A stretch of DNA of 62,777 nt, filler included, from Choristocarpus tenellus KU-1152 (taxonomy: Eukaryota > Protista > Phaeophyceae): the NCBI GenBank assembly GCA_964200185.2. It is 8 parts of 8 records of this genome, joined end to end, with 100 filler letters (N's around TTAATTAATTAA, not from the genome) between each part and the next. Parts side by side here need not be neighbours in the genome. Positions count along the whole stretch, not along the records: positions 31,158 to 52,411 come from CAXNAD020000355.1; 7 more parts are not named here. The stretch is one strand, 5' to 3'. The translations under genes and the position numbers were made by a program. The notes beneath the pieces were generated by a model, which saw nothing but the letters and a program-made list of their open reading frames with translations, made no database searches and had not been told where the DNA came from. Position 1 is the stretch's first letter, and every line of letters starts with the position of its first letter. Shown in pieces: positions 35,783-50,709 of this stretch.

Positions 35783-38266
35783 GCAGGGGGATGAATAAAA
35801 GGGAATTCAATTAATAAAAAGGCATGCCCACAATAAGAATGTCTGAGTATGAAGGAGTGAGTAACCAGTGGTGGAGAAAGCACCGTGTGAGGGAATGTTA
35901 TCACCACCTGTGTTTCTGAAGGCAGGATGCCGTGGTCGTTGTATACCAGCCTTTTTTTTGTTGGCATGGTGCTATTGATAGTCTGTAGACTCAACATTTA
36001 TTTTTACTGCAGTTAAACTAGTCAACAAGAGGAATAAATACGTAATGTTCTCTGCTGTTCACCGGTTCACACCATTGGTATCATATCAACATGTGATCCA
36101 CATGTGCCATACCTGGAACGTTATGTACTCTCAAGGTTCTCAAAATGCAACAAGGGATGCAACACGGTCAACACCATACCAGTTTTAGCCACACTCAGAT
36201 ATCTGAAATCTCTTTCTCTTCCTGTACTATTATCGAAGGTGATACTTGTGACATTGGAGCTTTGGATGTCATGTTGGATACCACTATCATCAACTACTTA
36301 CTACTACAAATTCTTTCAAATCCAATGTAACCTATAGAGCTATCTCTTGCAGTGAAAAAAAAATAGGGACACTATTATTATTTCCGTGTTAGGGAACCCC
36401 AGGCTGATAAAGAAAGTCTGACCAAGACCTCATCAAAGAAGAGGTCCCCACAACTTAGACTTTGATCCTTGTTACATAACATCATGGACTCCGTCTCTCC
36501 CCTTCAAAAGTAAGCCTCGAATTATCACCAAGGCCTCAACACCCTGAACAAAAGCACCAAAAAAGAACTACATCATCAGCAATAACTGACATGTGTCACT
36601 GAAAGGAATTCAGATCCAGTCAGAATGTTTCAGCTAACTCCCTTAATTTACTTGATTCTCCAGTCAGATGTAAATCCTGTACTTAAATGTACCTGAAAGT
36701 GTAGTCCTCATCCCACAAAATTCCGGTAACATGTACCTATGTTGCAACAGGAAGCTGCCATCCATTGTGAATATGTTTACAACTATCAATGAGTTGCTAC
36801 TTAATTTCAACAAAATCAGGCAGTTGTGTTGTGCTCAAGTGGTAAATGTGGTACATGCACACAAACTCTCACCCACACAATGTAGAGCTTTTGGATTTAT
36901 AGAATTCGTAGAATGCTGCATTCCACTTATCAATAGACGAATGACTGAACAACGACAACTACAACCAGCAATAGTGCATCTCAGACGATGGCCATCAAAG
37001 AATAACAATTTGATCTTGCTTTGATGCAGCTGAAACAGTGATGTTTTCATACTTCTCAGTAATACCAAAGGAAGAGCGGTGTTGCTTGCATGTGCGATAA
37101 AGAATTTCCCCTGCTCGAGTCCTGTGAGAATCACAACTTACCTTACCCTTACGATCAACCAGCAATGCACATATCCAGACGGAAATTTTTTTATTGAATC
37201 ATTTAATGGTAACACCCTATTGGGATCTTTTGGGGACTTCTGGTTAAATTTTATCTTCATTTTTCTCGACCTCGAATCATTAGTACCTTGCTTCCTGCTT
37301 CAATTTTTTGGCAAAAGAGGATCATTTCATGTAAGCATTAGGTAGACAATTGGTTTTGGGTGAACAGAACCTTCAATGGTTCTTCCAATCCACCCAGCTC
37401 TTGCACTAACAGATGCAATATGTTCACATCCCTTAGCAGCCAAACCACAAAGAAACACACTTTAAAAAGTAACTCTGTTCTGTGTATGAACAAATGCAGA
37501 AGTACTCAACATAATCCTGAGTCTGTATGAGCAAAGGCACTGGTCAATTAAGTTGATAGCCACAATATCACAAAGTGTATATTTGCAACCCTGATTTAAC
37601 AGACTGTACAGAAGGATTGCAGGTGTATGACAGTTTTGGTTACTTTTTATCCTTCTTACATTAGATTGGGCACAAGCAGGAAGGCTCACAAAACTTGTGT
37701 CTTAAGTGTCAGACCTCCACGCCTCTTCACAATACAATTTATGTATGTAGAGGCCTCATAAGGATGCATCCAATACCCCTAATCACAAACACTGCAACTG
37801 CTGCCGTAGACATCTCCACAAGAATGCTATAGCCCCCGTGCCAGGGTCATGAATGGGGTTATCTCCTATAATGAAGGTCGACAGGGTTGAGAGAGGACTA
37901 AATAGTAACTACTATGGAGTTACAGTCACATGCTTTGAAGGACAGCTTTCTTACCCTGTTCGCTTACAGTTGGCTGTTGACCTTAATGCAGGAACAGGGC
38001 AGCGTAGACGACCACAAGTCTATTTTTCCTATAAAGTATCAGCAGCTACAGTGGGCCTTCCCCCACACTTTGTCCTGCCACATGTCTACACACAACACCG
38101 GAACGGCTCAGACAGTGAACATATGCTTCACCATTCCACAGGAGAGGGTGTGGGCGAAGTATTTCCCTCACATCCGATCCTCCTCTCCTTCTGCCACAGA
38201 GGTCCCCTCTCTGCAGCAACCACCCCCGCATTAGGCCACTTTTGTCTATTTGCAAACAAAATTGCT

Positions 38267-39394
38267 TTAAGCCCTCCTCTCATCGTACTCCCCGAAGACA
38301 TCGCCCTTTGGCTGTGAAGAGAAATGTGAGGAATGCAGGAAGAGAAGGGGAAAGTAACTACTCAAATGAGACATCACAAGGGCATGTAACACGCAGAACG
38401 AGCTTTGAACAATTAAAATGTAGTTGACAATAGGTACGTCTATGGCATCTATTTGATCAGTACAACAAAAGAGGATTTCTCATGATACAAAGGTATGATT
38501 AACGTCCCTTGATCTGCAGACACCCTGATGTCTGAGTGACAAAACCATGGTCATCCCACTCTGTAAGAGGATCAGCCAGGATTATGCCACATGAAGGAAC
38601 TGTTGACAGTATAAACCAAGCGATATTTGCATGCCTCTGAAAGGATATCGAATGCTATTCAAATTAAGCAAATGTTCTCCAGTAAATATTTAAATGCAAG
38701 AGGAATGATGCCTAAACTGCAAATTCTAGCGCACCTGCTTCTTCGCCCACTGGAAGTAGATGATGTTGATGCCGACAAGAACAGTAAGAGGCACAAACAG
38801 AAGGGTAGAGTTCTCGATACCAAGAGCCTGAGTGAGGCGCATCAAAAAAGTTAGGGGAAGTATAAATGAGAGGGATATGGTTTGAAGTCGAGGGAAGAAG
38901 ACTTGGCATTGAAATAGGATTGCGTTTTGGTACATAACGCAACCACGCATCCTACTGTCATACTTCAACGTAGACGAGTCAGACACGAAACTTGTACAGT
39001 ACCAGGGTTAATTTAGCCACCAAAAGGAACTGATCCTCGACCCATCTCCTGAAACTTTCTTAGAAACCAGTGCAATCCTTGAGGTCAACACCCCAGATCT
39101 TACTCCAAATGCATGCGCGAAATTTGCAAGACGACATTTAACACTGACACCAAAAATAGGAGAATACCGGAAAAGGACCCTCACCTCGCCAGTTCCCTCG
39201 GTCGCCAGAGCTGGAGAAGCGCTGAGGAGTGCAACGGAGGCTACATTAGCGGCCTTGGTGAAGTCCTCTGCAAGTCCCATCTGAAGGGGGGTGGCACGAG
39301 TAACAGTGGCCAACTTCGGCGCTGGGGCAACGAAGCCAAGGGCACCCGTGAGGGCGACGATAAGGCAGAGGCAGCGTACGATGTTCTTGAACAT
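38267..39394 (-). CDS. psbW: Photosystem II PsbW, nucleus-encoded
   Basis: complement(join(38267..38311,38735..38827,39185..39394)), 115 aa. Signal peptide ending ALG|FVAP (ASAFAP-like), transit peptide, lumen signal SPALA|TEGTGEALGIENSTLL, one TM helix, acidic tail GDVFGEYDERRA*. Confidence 0.88.
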
Positions 39395-39810
39395 TTTTCT
39401 TAGTAAGTTGGAGGTCTAGTAAGGTTTGTAGAAGGTAGATACAAGTTTAACTGGGGTATGGTTGGTCTGAGTTGATGCTCAGGTGACACACACACAACAT
39501 GAACCTAAATTAACCTTTCGATGTTTTTCCAAGGCTGAAATGGATGTTGAACAGGCATAGCATGGTTAAATACCTTGAGGAATATCTTCACATAACCTAC
39601 ATTCTAGCGTGTTTTTCATCTTCGAGGGGGTATTTTGGGATATTTATCAAATATATATTAGTTATTAGGAAAAACCCCTGAGGACAGAATGAAATACTAC
39701 AATTACATGGACCCGAACTTCCATATAACCCTCGCAAGTTAGTAGAAACCCTTCTCTACTTCCTTTTTTTGAATAGGGTTTAGATTCTGTGTAAAATAGT
39801 CTCAAAGATC

Positions 39811-42800
39811 ATGGTACCTATACTCGCGTCTTGTCGGGGAATGAGGACAAAAGCTGGTCAACGTTCTCAGGAGACAAAAAACTGGGTTCGATCGCTGCAT
39901 CGTCTTTTTCTCATGGAGGTAGAATAGTCACACCCTGCTTGCTGTTCATATTCAAGTATTACGGATGTGACCAACCTGGTCTAATTTTGGACTGAACCCG
40001 TATGTCACGTCACTAGGTGCACCCCGACTTCTTTGTCGACCAGCCAAGGTATCGAAAGATCAATTCGACCAATGTTAAGGCCCTATCTATGTATCTCGAC
40101 AAGCGAGACGGGGAAGCTCGCCAATCAGCGTACAATTCTCGTCTAGTCTTCTACCTTAAAGGTCGGGTATCGAACGAGTCTCAAAAGGTAATGTTGCCGC
40201 TTCAATTTCGAAAGGAAGACACCATGATGATAATTCGTGATTTACTGGAGAGCCGAGGGTGCAATGTGCCCAGTCGCAACCCACCGAACACAACGGTTCT
40301 TCAGACGGATCTGTCTTCTAGAGCAGGTCAATCCGTGTCAGATGACCAGGAAAGAGAGCAAGGCAACTGGGATAGTGATTTTTTTGTCGATCCCAACACG
40401 AATGAAGCATGGGATTGGAGAAGAACGACTGGCCGAGGAGATGACCAAACGGCTTGGACTGGAACAGAGGGAGGTGCGACCCCTCGAAACCTGGGACAAA
40501 TCATGGCGACTAAACAAGGCAGGGAGATTGTGGAGGAAAGGAAGGCGAGTGCGAGGGAGCTGAAGCAGCTCGTAGATAATCTGCAGGAGCTCTACGGTTT
40601 CGGGAGATTCCTGTTCAGGTTAGAAGATGAAGTGGAATGTTGCCTGACTGATACACCTTCTGTGGCACTCGTTTTCCCTGTTTTCAGTGTTTTGCATTTA
40701 ATATCTGAGGGTGCCAAATTTGCTTGAGATCCACCTTGGAATGATCCACATGATCCCGTGCTCTTTCTGTTGTTGATGGCTTCAAGGAGGCAGCACTATT
40801 TGCCATCCACTAAACCCCATGCCCTAACATGAAAATACAGTGTGTAAACCATTACATAACTTGCCATGACTACTTCCGGATTTGGGGTGTATTGGGCCTC
40901 TGCTTGGGTGGGTGAGGAGGGTGTAGGTGTGGATGGAGTCAGTCGAACCTATGCATGGCATTATCAACCCTTCTCGACGCTTGTGCAGCACACAGCAGCA
41001 CCTTCCATGTACAGCGGTTTGAGGGCCTAGACGTTGTATTCATGCTGGGAACACCGGAAATGTCTGCAGATTTTCAAGAAGGTGTGTAGAACAAAACCCC
41101 TGAGGGGGTACAATCATTGCAACTTTTTTTTGTTATTTAGTGTTGTAATGCAGATCTGAGATAGCTCAGGAGAATGACCTCGTGCATTATAAACTCAGGA
41201 GCATGTGCAGCAAGGTCCGGATAAGGTTACCTGCTGGTATAGTCCCCTGTTTTTCAAACTCTTCTAGACTTCTTTTCATTGCCACATATAGTCCTACACC
41301 TTAATGTGTCTTTATCTGCCTCCCCCTTCACCCACCTGGTACCCAGCGGAAATTCGCCTCAGTCCATCAGATGTGCCCCTTGTGTGGGTCTCCACGCTTG
41401 CAGATGTTACTCCAGAGCTACTATGTCAGGCAGAGGGTCGTACACATGAGCTGCAACAACTGGAAGTTAAGGCTTCTGCAATCCTGCGAGGTATGCAACT
41501 GGCACGGGGCCTTTCATGCTCCCGGACCAGGTGAGGAGAACTTTGTGCATTGGGAAACAATATTTCCCACACTCATCATGAAAAACGACTGTAGAATATT
41601 CAATACCTATGGAGTGAAGCTCTGTAGCACCTAACAATGCTGCAGATCAGTATGGTACTGTACTGTAGTGCAACAGTTTTCATGAGGTAGAGGTATGATA
41701 TACTGGTCTCACAGGACAATAGCTGTATGGAATCATCCGTGAAAATATTCAACATGATGGAGCAACATTAAGCTTCTTTCACATATTATCAACTCACACC
41801 TCAAGAGCATCCATGTGTATTTAGTAGTTGAGACCTGAGAGGCTGCATTGTTAGGCCACTCAATGTAGCAGAGGCTACCTCACCTGTGGTTGTTGGATCT
41901 TGACCAATTTTTTCACAAAGTTTTGTGGTGTGCCTGGAAATATTCTGCCTTTCACTGTATTGCAAGGGAGGCTAAAATATTGTATATGGGACAGAAATGC
42001 CATTGGTACACACCATCAGGCATGGGAGCAATCTTGCAAGAAATCATACTCCTGCAGGGCCAATACATAAGAAATGAAATTTGACTATATACACCCTCAC
42101 AAAAATATGATACACACAAATTATATTTACCTCAATGAAAAAATCACCCTGCACAGTAGCTTGTGCAAGCAGTGGGAAGGATCTGCACAGTCTCCTCCAC
42201 CCTATCAATATCAATCTTGGCATATACCCCACATTCACACTTGTTGCAGCAAAATTTATGGTGGGATTACGCTCAACAACCCCTTCTTCGGCCGCCTCGT
42301 GGACATTGCATTGCCAGGGTGTGTAGTTCTCATTTACCATTTTATGTTCTGTCTTTCATAGTGACGGCAAAAGGTCTCCTTTTTTGAGGTCAAGACTATC
42401 GTCAGGGCAATTGTTTTAGTTGGGCCTGCCGAGTCTTTCCAACCAGCCCACCTACCCATCCCAGGTTTGAATTTGGATTTTCTTGCATCTATACTTTTCT
42501 AAATAGCTCTAACCTCTTGGCTTCCCAATTCCCACCTTTCCTATCCCTTGTCTCACCGCTTTTGTAGTTATTTTAGGTTCCTGGAAAATATTTGCAGTGG
42601 TATGTCCGTGGAAGGAATTGGTGCTATTGGCCAAAAAGGAGGAAACTGTGACTCCACAGACCTGTCTCAGAGGGACTGGTCTGATTTTCAATGCAAGGTG
42701 GAAGGGCAGCAAGGCCGAACCTCTACCGTGCTGGAGGATGGCACTATCCAGGTATGACTAGACCCTCTAACAACAGATAAAACATATTAAGGACTAGGGC

Positions 42801-44365
42801 ACACCGGCAGTGATGGTTCAGCCATCAGGTGCACCTAACTGACTGCTTTCCAGGAAAAACCAGGACCAGTGACAAGGTCCAATTCCAAGTAGAAAGAAGA
42901 ACAGTCGTAAGGTCCATCAATGGGACCCTGACTGCTACCCCAAAATATGTTGGGAGTGTGACAGGAAGTGGAAAACTTAAGATCGTTGCTAAGGAACAAG
43001 TCGTAGAAAGGAAGATTCCTACCTATATTATAGGACATGTTAGCACCAATATCACTATCCAGGAGGTTGGGCCATAACCAGTTTTTTGTGGTGCCAATCA
43101 GCGATAGAAGTTGGCGGCAAGGGTTGTGTAAGGGTGGGTAGAGAGAGGTTGTGAGGGGAGCAACAGAAATGTTTGTGTAATGGGAGGGAGGGTCTAAGTA
43201 GGTTTATGATCTTACAAAGGTTGTCAAGAGGCACCAGATGGGATGAGTGGTCTTGGGTCTGCACTGTACCTCCTTCTATGTGTAGTGAAAGAGGATGTCT
43301 CCATATGTGTAGCGGCATGATGAGAAGTGAAGCTATCGACTTTCCAGTGACAGGTTTTAATGGATGAACATCAAGCCAGTAGTGACATATTGTTCGCATA
43401 GCTTTATTTGGTGATTCAAGGATACCACAAGTAGACTTGTTGGAAAACAATTGGCTATTTAGTTTTTACTCACTTTGAGTGCAGCATCATTAATTTTGTG
43501 TGGTCTTTCTAGATCGATCACAATGATATGATATTTTCTATGGGGGCTCATTGATCATGTGGCCTTTTCGCTCAATAATTCGCTACAAGCACTACATGAA
43601 AAAGAAGTGCGTTAATTTGTTGGATTGTGCACTTCTTTTGCCTGAAAGGGTCATCCTGTTCAAGGTTTGTGCTCCTAGGAGCATTCTTGTTGAAGAAATG
43701 GGGAGTAGGAACCATCTTCTTTGAACTTGACAGCCACCTTCTATACCTGAGAAATGTCTTGTAGTGTGTCTCAGGCTGACACGGGACCCACTAATCCCTA
43801 ACATGACCCCCATTTCCCACTGTCTCCATCTCATACCCTTCCCCCTTCCTCTTTCATCATCCCCTCCTCATATTTCAGTTTCCCGCAGTCACCTTGTATC
43901 TCTCCTGACCCCTCTTTCTCACCCCTGCGCTGCCCCACGCAGCAGATTGGTGCTGATATGCCCATGGCCGCTGTGTTGCGCTGCTTGGCCAAGGATGTAC
44001 CAGGTGCCTCAATTGCTGCAGCGGAGGCAACCATTCTAAAGGAAGAGATTGCTGCCCTAGTGCTACGCTGCCAAAGTGTGCTGGGGCTTAAAAGCATCGA
44101 ATGTGGGTTGGGGGTTAGCCTTGCTCAGATGCATGCTGCCTGCATGTCCATCCTAAATGGGGGGTTGAGGGAGGGGATGGAAAGGGCTGGGACTGGTGGG
44201 GCCGAAGAGGCCTCCTTCCAGTGGGAGACTGCTCAACGATGGCTCAAGGAGCAGAGCATCATGGTTGTTGGAGCACATGCAGCTGTGGATGGAGTTACTG
44301 AGATGGGGCAAATTGCGGTCCCATGGAATTGGGGAGAATCTTCGGAGCAGAATTATGGTGGCTAG
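39811..44365 (+). CDS. TCAIM: TCAIM-like mitochondrial protein (DUF4460/DUF4461)
   Basis: join(39811..39918,40017..40618,40927..41081,41347..41530,42577..42751,43946..44365), phase-consistent, 547 aa. LHRLFLME|VHPDFF..RKINSTNVKAL, FR|CGWS, C-terminal GQIAVPWNW. Confidence 0.8.
42830..43450 (-). mobile_element. Highly degraded Ty3/gypsy integrase remnant in TCAIM intron
   Basis: HYWLDVHPLKPVTGKSIASLLI..IWRHPLSL..GG resembles the integrase core; multiple stops. Confidence 0.35.
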
Positions 44366-47300
44366 GGTGGCAGCAAGGGGTGCCGTTCTCCATTCCAGTG
44401 GTAGTCCTTGGAGTGTATTTGTTTTCCGCCTTGGGTCACTGTATAGAAGATTGGTGTGTGCTTTGTGATACAGTTGTTTAGAGCTTTACTTGTTTTTCAC
44501 TTATTACACCTTTCTGCATGTTTTAGAGGTGGATGGAATTGTGACTGTTGCAGTGCTCGTTCCTTTTGATCACCCCCTTGCATGCTAAGGTTGAGCACTG
44601 TAATATGTCAATTTCACTGGCTGTAAGATGATGGATACAATTGCCCACCTATAAAGCCGCTTTCCAGCAATGTTCATAGCAGTGTTTAAGTACATTTTTT
44701 TGGTGGGGTGGTTTGAAGTGTAAAACATACATGTATTTAATGGAATTTTGAACACATTGAAAGAATTAGTTTGGCATTCCCGGTCAAAGATGCTAGATCC
44801 CTGTTGTTGAGATCTGCAACTACCCACTCATAGAGCTTGTGCTGTTAACGTCTGCGGTGCACACTATATTGGAGCACCGCAGACTGCTAGTGTTTTAATA
44901 AAGCGACACTAGCACAAGATTGATGATACCCCATTTTGTCTTAAAAGAAACTGAGCTTTGCAGTGTACTACTGTGAGAATGCAATTTATTGTACTTGAGA
45001 CTGTAATTTGTATCTTTTGACTCTTGGAATTTGTTTGTGCCATTATTGACAGCCAACTGAATTCTACGGTTCACAATCCATACTCTGGTGCAGAGATGAT
45101 GTAATCATATACGGGTTCCACATTGTGAAGGTGCTTTTAGCAGGAAAGATCCTCTGGCATACGCTGTGCCACTCTCCAGCATGTGGTCCCAGTTACCTGA
45201 CATTAAACAAGACAATGGTGGATTGTGATTGACTGTTGTGCCACCTTCACTGTCCAGAACAATCATATACACCCTCGAGCTCGGCTTCACACATCCCACC
45301 AGGTCACTGTTAGCCTATATTTTGTACAAGTCCCTTTGAAGTTTTGGAAAGAACCTGGTCCAGACACAACCTTTTGTTTCTTAGGTGTACATGTGAATTT
45401 TTCTTTTTCTTTTTCCTTGGCTTCACTACTGTCTCTTTACCTTCTCTTTTTCTGTAATTTTCTTGTCCCTGTTCACCATCAAGAGTCCACGACATTAGGC
45501 TCTCCCCTGCAAGATAATAAGGAGAACCCTGCAGGAAAGAGTGCAGCGTGTTCCAATGGCTCACATTTTTTGGAAAGATCAATGTTGGGTTTGGGTTAGG
45601 TTGCACACGAGACAACTTTGTCTTTTCCCGTCTCATGCTCTTGTTGTGTGCTGCTATGGATGCATGTGAGGCATGAGTGAGTCGAGTAAGGAGGAGTGCT
45701 ATTCTTATTGTGATGATCCTAATCCGCGGCATGCGGTTGAATTGAGGAGCACCATGTCGGAATGTTTCCTGATCATGTCAAGATGCCACGCACCGCTTGA
45801 GACACATGCATGCTCTTCTGTGGTTTACCAGAATTGGAAATGCGAGTCTATAGTAACTGTTGGACTGTTCCTCAGGGTATTCGGAATTGAAGGCACACAA
45901 TCTTCAACTCCCAGATGCACATGCTCACTAATCATTCACCGGCATCAATAATCACAACAACAAGCCTTCCTATTTATTAATACTTCCATCATTTTCGTGC
46001 ACGGATCATATCTACGTGAGGTATTGTTCCACAGGATATTTAAATGACCACCATTGCCATATCTCCTGAAACAACTACCCCGTGATCAATACATGAGCTG
46101 ATTATGTTCCTTTCCTTGCGTGTTCAATCCAGGGTGCCGTGCACTGTTCAATCACATGCTTCTTCCTATTTCTTTCTGGGCACTCAAAGACACACTCAAC
46201 GAACCCTGACACAATAACACGCACAGACACATCACACAGAAAAGTATATCGATATGTTTCATTTTGTCCCGAAACACGACACACTGTACTCTGGCAGAGT
46301 GATATATGTATGTCTTGCCTTCGCAATATACATGCAACAGGCCAGACTATATTTTTTGGTGTTGAGAACAAGCACTTCTTTGCAGAAAGAACCCCAATTT
46401 TTCTATAACAGATAGCTGGTGGTGCTATGCTGAATATTAGACCAACGTAATACTAGATCAAGCTCTGAGATCGTGGTCTCTTGTCTCAGTACACAGCAGT
46501 GGTGCTACCGTGTCAGGGTTGGGTCTACAAAATACTCTGCATGTGCTATAGTGTCGGGTTCAATTGAAAGGTCACAGCGATGTCAGTCCCTGAGTGCAGG
46601 TCATTGGTCCTAGGTCTAAGCCTTGAACAGATCCAATCAAGCAAGGAAACAAGTCGTGGTGTCAAGACTTGAACACATCCAGAAGCTCCACAAGACCATC
46701 CCAACAACTTATGCTGCAAAAGACCTGATTGCATAAGATCAATTAATATCTCAACGTTAGTGGTTCCCGGAAAAATATAGAATTCTATGTGTGGATGACG
46801 TAAGTGTTTACAATTGCTAATCTTAGACGGGGTTTGGGTTCAGCTCAAACCAAAGGGCTGTGCATGGCTGGTGTAGCTGCATCTACAGAGTGAAAATCTA
46901 GGATAGTTGTGCATCATGCCAAAAAGGTACGTGTATTATATGTATCGTTTGATGACTTAATTGGTTTCAATCTCGAAAACAGACGGATCGATGAGAATAT
47001 ATTCACACATTCAAGCTCTATACCTCATCCTAAGAATGAACCCACAGAGAAATATGGCGCGGGAAGAAATCTACGAAGAGATTCTCCTCCCACCAAAGAG
47101 ATGATGTGATGCCAGAAATGAGCAGCCATACAAGAGTTCGTATTGAAGGAGGGTAAAAAATCTATGGAGGGACAGCTGAACTCGTTGTACAGAGTAGTGG
47201 GATATCAGGAACTGTCAACAAACGAGCCAAAACTACCATGGTTGTCACTAACAAATAATAAATTGCGTGAAATCTAAGTGTGCATTTTCGCATCACTGTA

Positions 47301-48199
47301 TCACAACCTTAACCGTTGTTGCAGATACATCATACTTCTGACTTTCTTTACCTATGGGGGTCACAATGAACGGCACTCATCTATCTCATCATAGGTGCAA
47401 GGTGTACATACAAGACAGGTATAAAGGAAGACAAAAATACGTACACCAGAGTATGTACGTTGAAGACACTGGCTGTCTTCCGTTTCATTCGCTTCTTCGT
47501 ATATACTTGTCGAGTGTTCCCATGACAAGAGATAGTAGGTTCTGTAGCCATATTTTCCATGTCAGTCTTGCATTCTCCCATCATATTTATTCTACACAAC
47601 TTATATGCGAAAAAAAATCGGCACATCATACAGTATTATTACAGAGGTTGATGTATGGATGATTCTTTATGTCATTATGACAAAAACCATTCTTCGCAAA
47701 ATGTTCATGTGTGGGGTCGTACTAAGATTATCAAATGAGAAGACAAGATGAACCCATGTTTTCCAACCCGAGGCTCAATTGGACATTGATAGGGGGAGTT
47801 TGGCACTTATATATACTGCATTCACAAAAATACGAAGCTTAACCCATGATATATTCTTGAAGGAATGACATTATTGCAACATTCTTGCAGCTTCTGATAC
47901 AAAATCCAGGCAACTTCTACTGCTGGAGGGTAGCAAAATATTGGAGTTCACCCAGCCTCTGTGCACACATGCACAGCCAGCCATACCCTCCATAAGATAA
48001 ATATAGGCATATATCAGGATTAGAAACTCTTCACCCCTAGACCCCATGACAACAACTAACTAGGCTCATCATCGTCCCCTCCTTACTATGTCCAAACCAT
48101 TGTATCTCCATCTCCTGTCCAACTCATGATTAAAGCAAGGGCCAAAGCATGTCCTGGGTGCTCACAGCAGTCCATAGTCACATTCACCACATCATCCAG

Positions 48200-48730
48200 C
48201 AGTTGGCCAAGTATGTAGAGGACATACGACCTTGCTCCTAGTCACCTCATGACTAATGGTAGGCTTGTGGAGGCATCCTAAGGGGGAATCTTCAACAATT
48301 ACTCTACCATCCAGGTTATTTCCAGAACAATACCCCGCCTTCCCCTCCACCTCATGATAATATCTTACTGAGTCAAGTTGACGTGAGAAAGTTGGCCATG
48401 ACGCGGACGGGAAGGTGTTACTTGGTTCTGGATATAACAGTGTGGCATAGTGAATGTGAAGAATGCCTGCTGCAAGCACCCAGGACATCCATGGGCACAA
48501 TCCTAGCTTTGGTCATGAGGTGGATGAGAAGGAGAGGTATTGCTCCGAGCACAAACTTGATGGTATGGTCAATGTGAACAATGCCCTCTGCGAGCACATT
48601 TTTTTTAGAAGTCCTTAGTAAACATTGTATGGTGGTACCAGTAGCTTCGCCCTCAGGGGTTGTCCCGTCATAACTTTTGATGTAGACATCGGATTTTAAA
48701 AAAAGAAGCATATTCGTGATACCTGTCACA
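48200..48730 (-). mobile_element. Degraded Ty3/gypsy RNaseH-like remnant
   Basis: IDHTIKFVLGAIPLLLIHLMTKARIVPM resembles the A..+..YV.G.PF.L.TDH.AL motif; degenerate. Confidence 0.3.
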
Positions 48731-50709
48731 ATGCCCTCCAGAGCACGCGATTCGTTTTTTCTCTATTTTTTATTTTTTGAAGAATGAGCAGCCATATTGG
48801 GGTTCGAACCCTGGATTGTAGGTCACCAAGAGTGGGAACAGATGGACTATTACTTGATTAAAGTATGGGGCTTAGAGAGGAAAAAAGTCTCCCCGCTCTT
48901 TCTTCCTATGTATTCGCGCACCCACTCTTTTGACCACGGGAAGGATGTCGCCGTCGAGGTCCAGAACGAAACGCCCCTCGTCGTGCCCTTGCTCTGGCAC
49001 CTTGATGTGGCCCTTAGTTAGGAAGTCTCTCTCTCATTTACTCACAGTTTCCGACCTGACCATCGCATATCCTGCTGCCATCTCGAGCGCTGTTTGACAG
49101 TCTTTCTCATCGTTCATACACAGGTGTACAGGATTCGCAGTGTTAGAGTCCTTACTATCACATTTCTTCGTTGAGCACCGAAAATGGGTTACCTTCTTTC
49201 GGGATTCAGAGCCCCTGTAGCCCAACCCTAACACCTTTTTTCTCGTTTCCTAAGCCACTCTGGCTCAGATAGCTTCCAAACAGCTAGGGCCTGTTGCAAC
49301 TGTCGATATTCTACACCCGGGTTTCGCTTAGGCGTTTCCTGAGCGCAATGGCACATAGTCGCACTGCTCTCCTCCCCAACCTTCCCTTCGGCCGGCCACC
49401 CTGGTTCTCCCTTCGCCTGCCGTGACCAGGCTTCCACACAGACTTCATCACTGGACCACACCTGGTGATGGACTCGCTGTTCTCTTCCTGCTTTACCGAG
49501 GCGGCAGAGAATGCAGAGCAGTGCTCCGACGTGGTTGAAGATCCAACCACGTTTGTGTGGTAATGCTTTCAATGCATCTTCTCTCAGCGTCAGTGTCGCG
49601 ACTTCGTGGTCCATTTCGCGATTCGATCATGCTGCTGCGCCGCACTACTCGCACTTTCTCGTCACCTAACATCGCACTGAGTTTCACACGGTAATTATTT
49701 TTCCAGTCCCTCTCGACAGAGAAGGTGCCGAGGGTAGATCCAGAGGGCAGAGTGGCCTCGGCGACTCTCCTTGTCTCACCGTCATGGTTCATGTTGTTGT
49801 GTAAGTCACGTGTGTGTGTACTCACAAAAAGCCTCCAAAATGCGTTAAAAAGAGGAAAATCTTGGGGGGGTTTCTGCTTTTTTTTCGGTGAGGGCTGCAG
49901 CAGTCAAACTTGGGCAGCTACGTATCACAGACCAGTTTTCTCCAAGGAGTTCAGTCAACCACTTCATCTTTACAAGTTTTGAAGTCGTGACCTTCAAAAT
50001 TGCTACGGAGATATTCCTCAGCGTTTTTTCGATTATTTTATCGGGACATAGTTCCCGTTCACTTAAGTTTCTATATCCCTCCATACAGACCTTCAAAAGG
50101 TCTTGTCATAAGCTTTCATTTGATATATATATATATATTGTTGTATATCTGTTGCGGCGTTCCGATGAAAAAAAGCAGAACTGCCACAGAGAGAGGGCGA
50201 AGCTACTGTATGGGTCCACCCTTCGCCTTTCAATGCAATTGCTGTGAATTAATACAGGACTAGTACTTCAGTGACTCCAGAGAGAGGGAGAGGTACTCTG
50301 GAATTACATGCCCAAATAAATGATCTATCCTCCTCCTGTGCTCCTTGGTTTTCTCCCTGACTCTCCAAGTAGAATGTGGTAGGTAGACATTCCATATACA
50401 AAAATCTACTGCATTGATCGGCTTTGATGTTTGTAGGCCACACTGTTGTCGCAAAAGTGTCGTTTGGATATTGGAAGGATCCAAAATTAGAGCTATGTTA
50501 TAGACCTTATGCCCCAAAGAAAAAAAAGTACGCACACTGTTCAAGTCTATAAAACCAAAACTGTCAGCGATTCTTCCACCTTGATATTTCTTGGGAAACT
50601 GAAACGGTAGATCCTTGTTGACTTTTTTTCTTACATATCGAAGCCCGACCAAAGCGAGATTCTCTCCCTCCATATTCATTGAGTCTCTGGGCTGGCATTC
50701 GATGACATT

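Noticed and set aside
36050-37700. Degenerate SWIM-finger/transposon remnant (CGLAAKGCEHIASV at ~37410-37450, minus)
   Set aside because: One partial motif amid many stops; likely an old TE but unassignable.
48900-50690. Gene divergent from CFAP299
   Set aside because: CpG-rich with several 80-160 aa ORFs, but no coherent exon chain or recognisable domain could be assembled.
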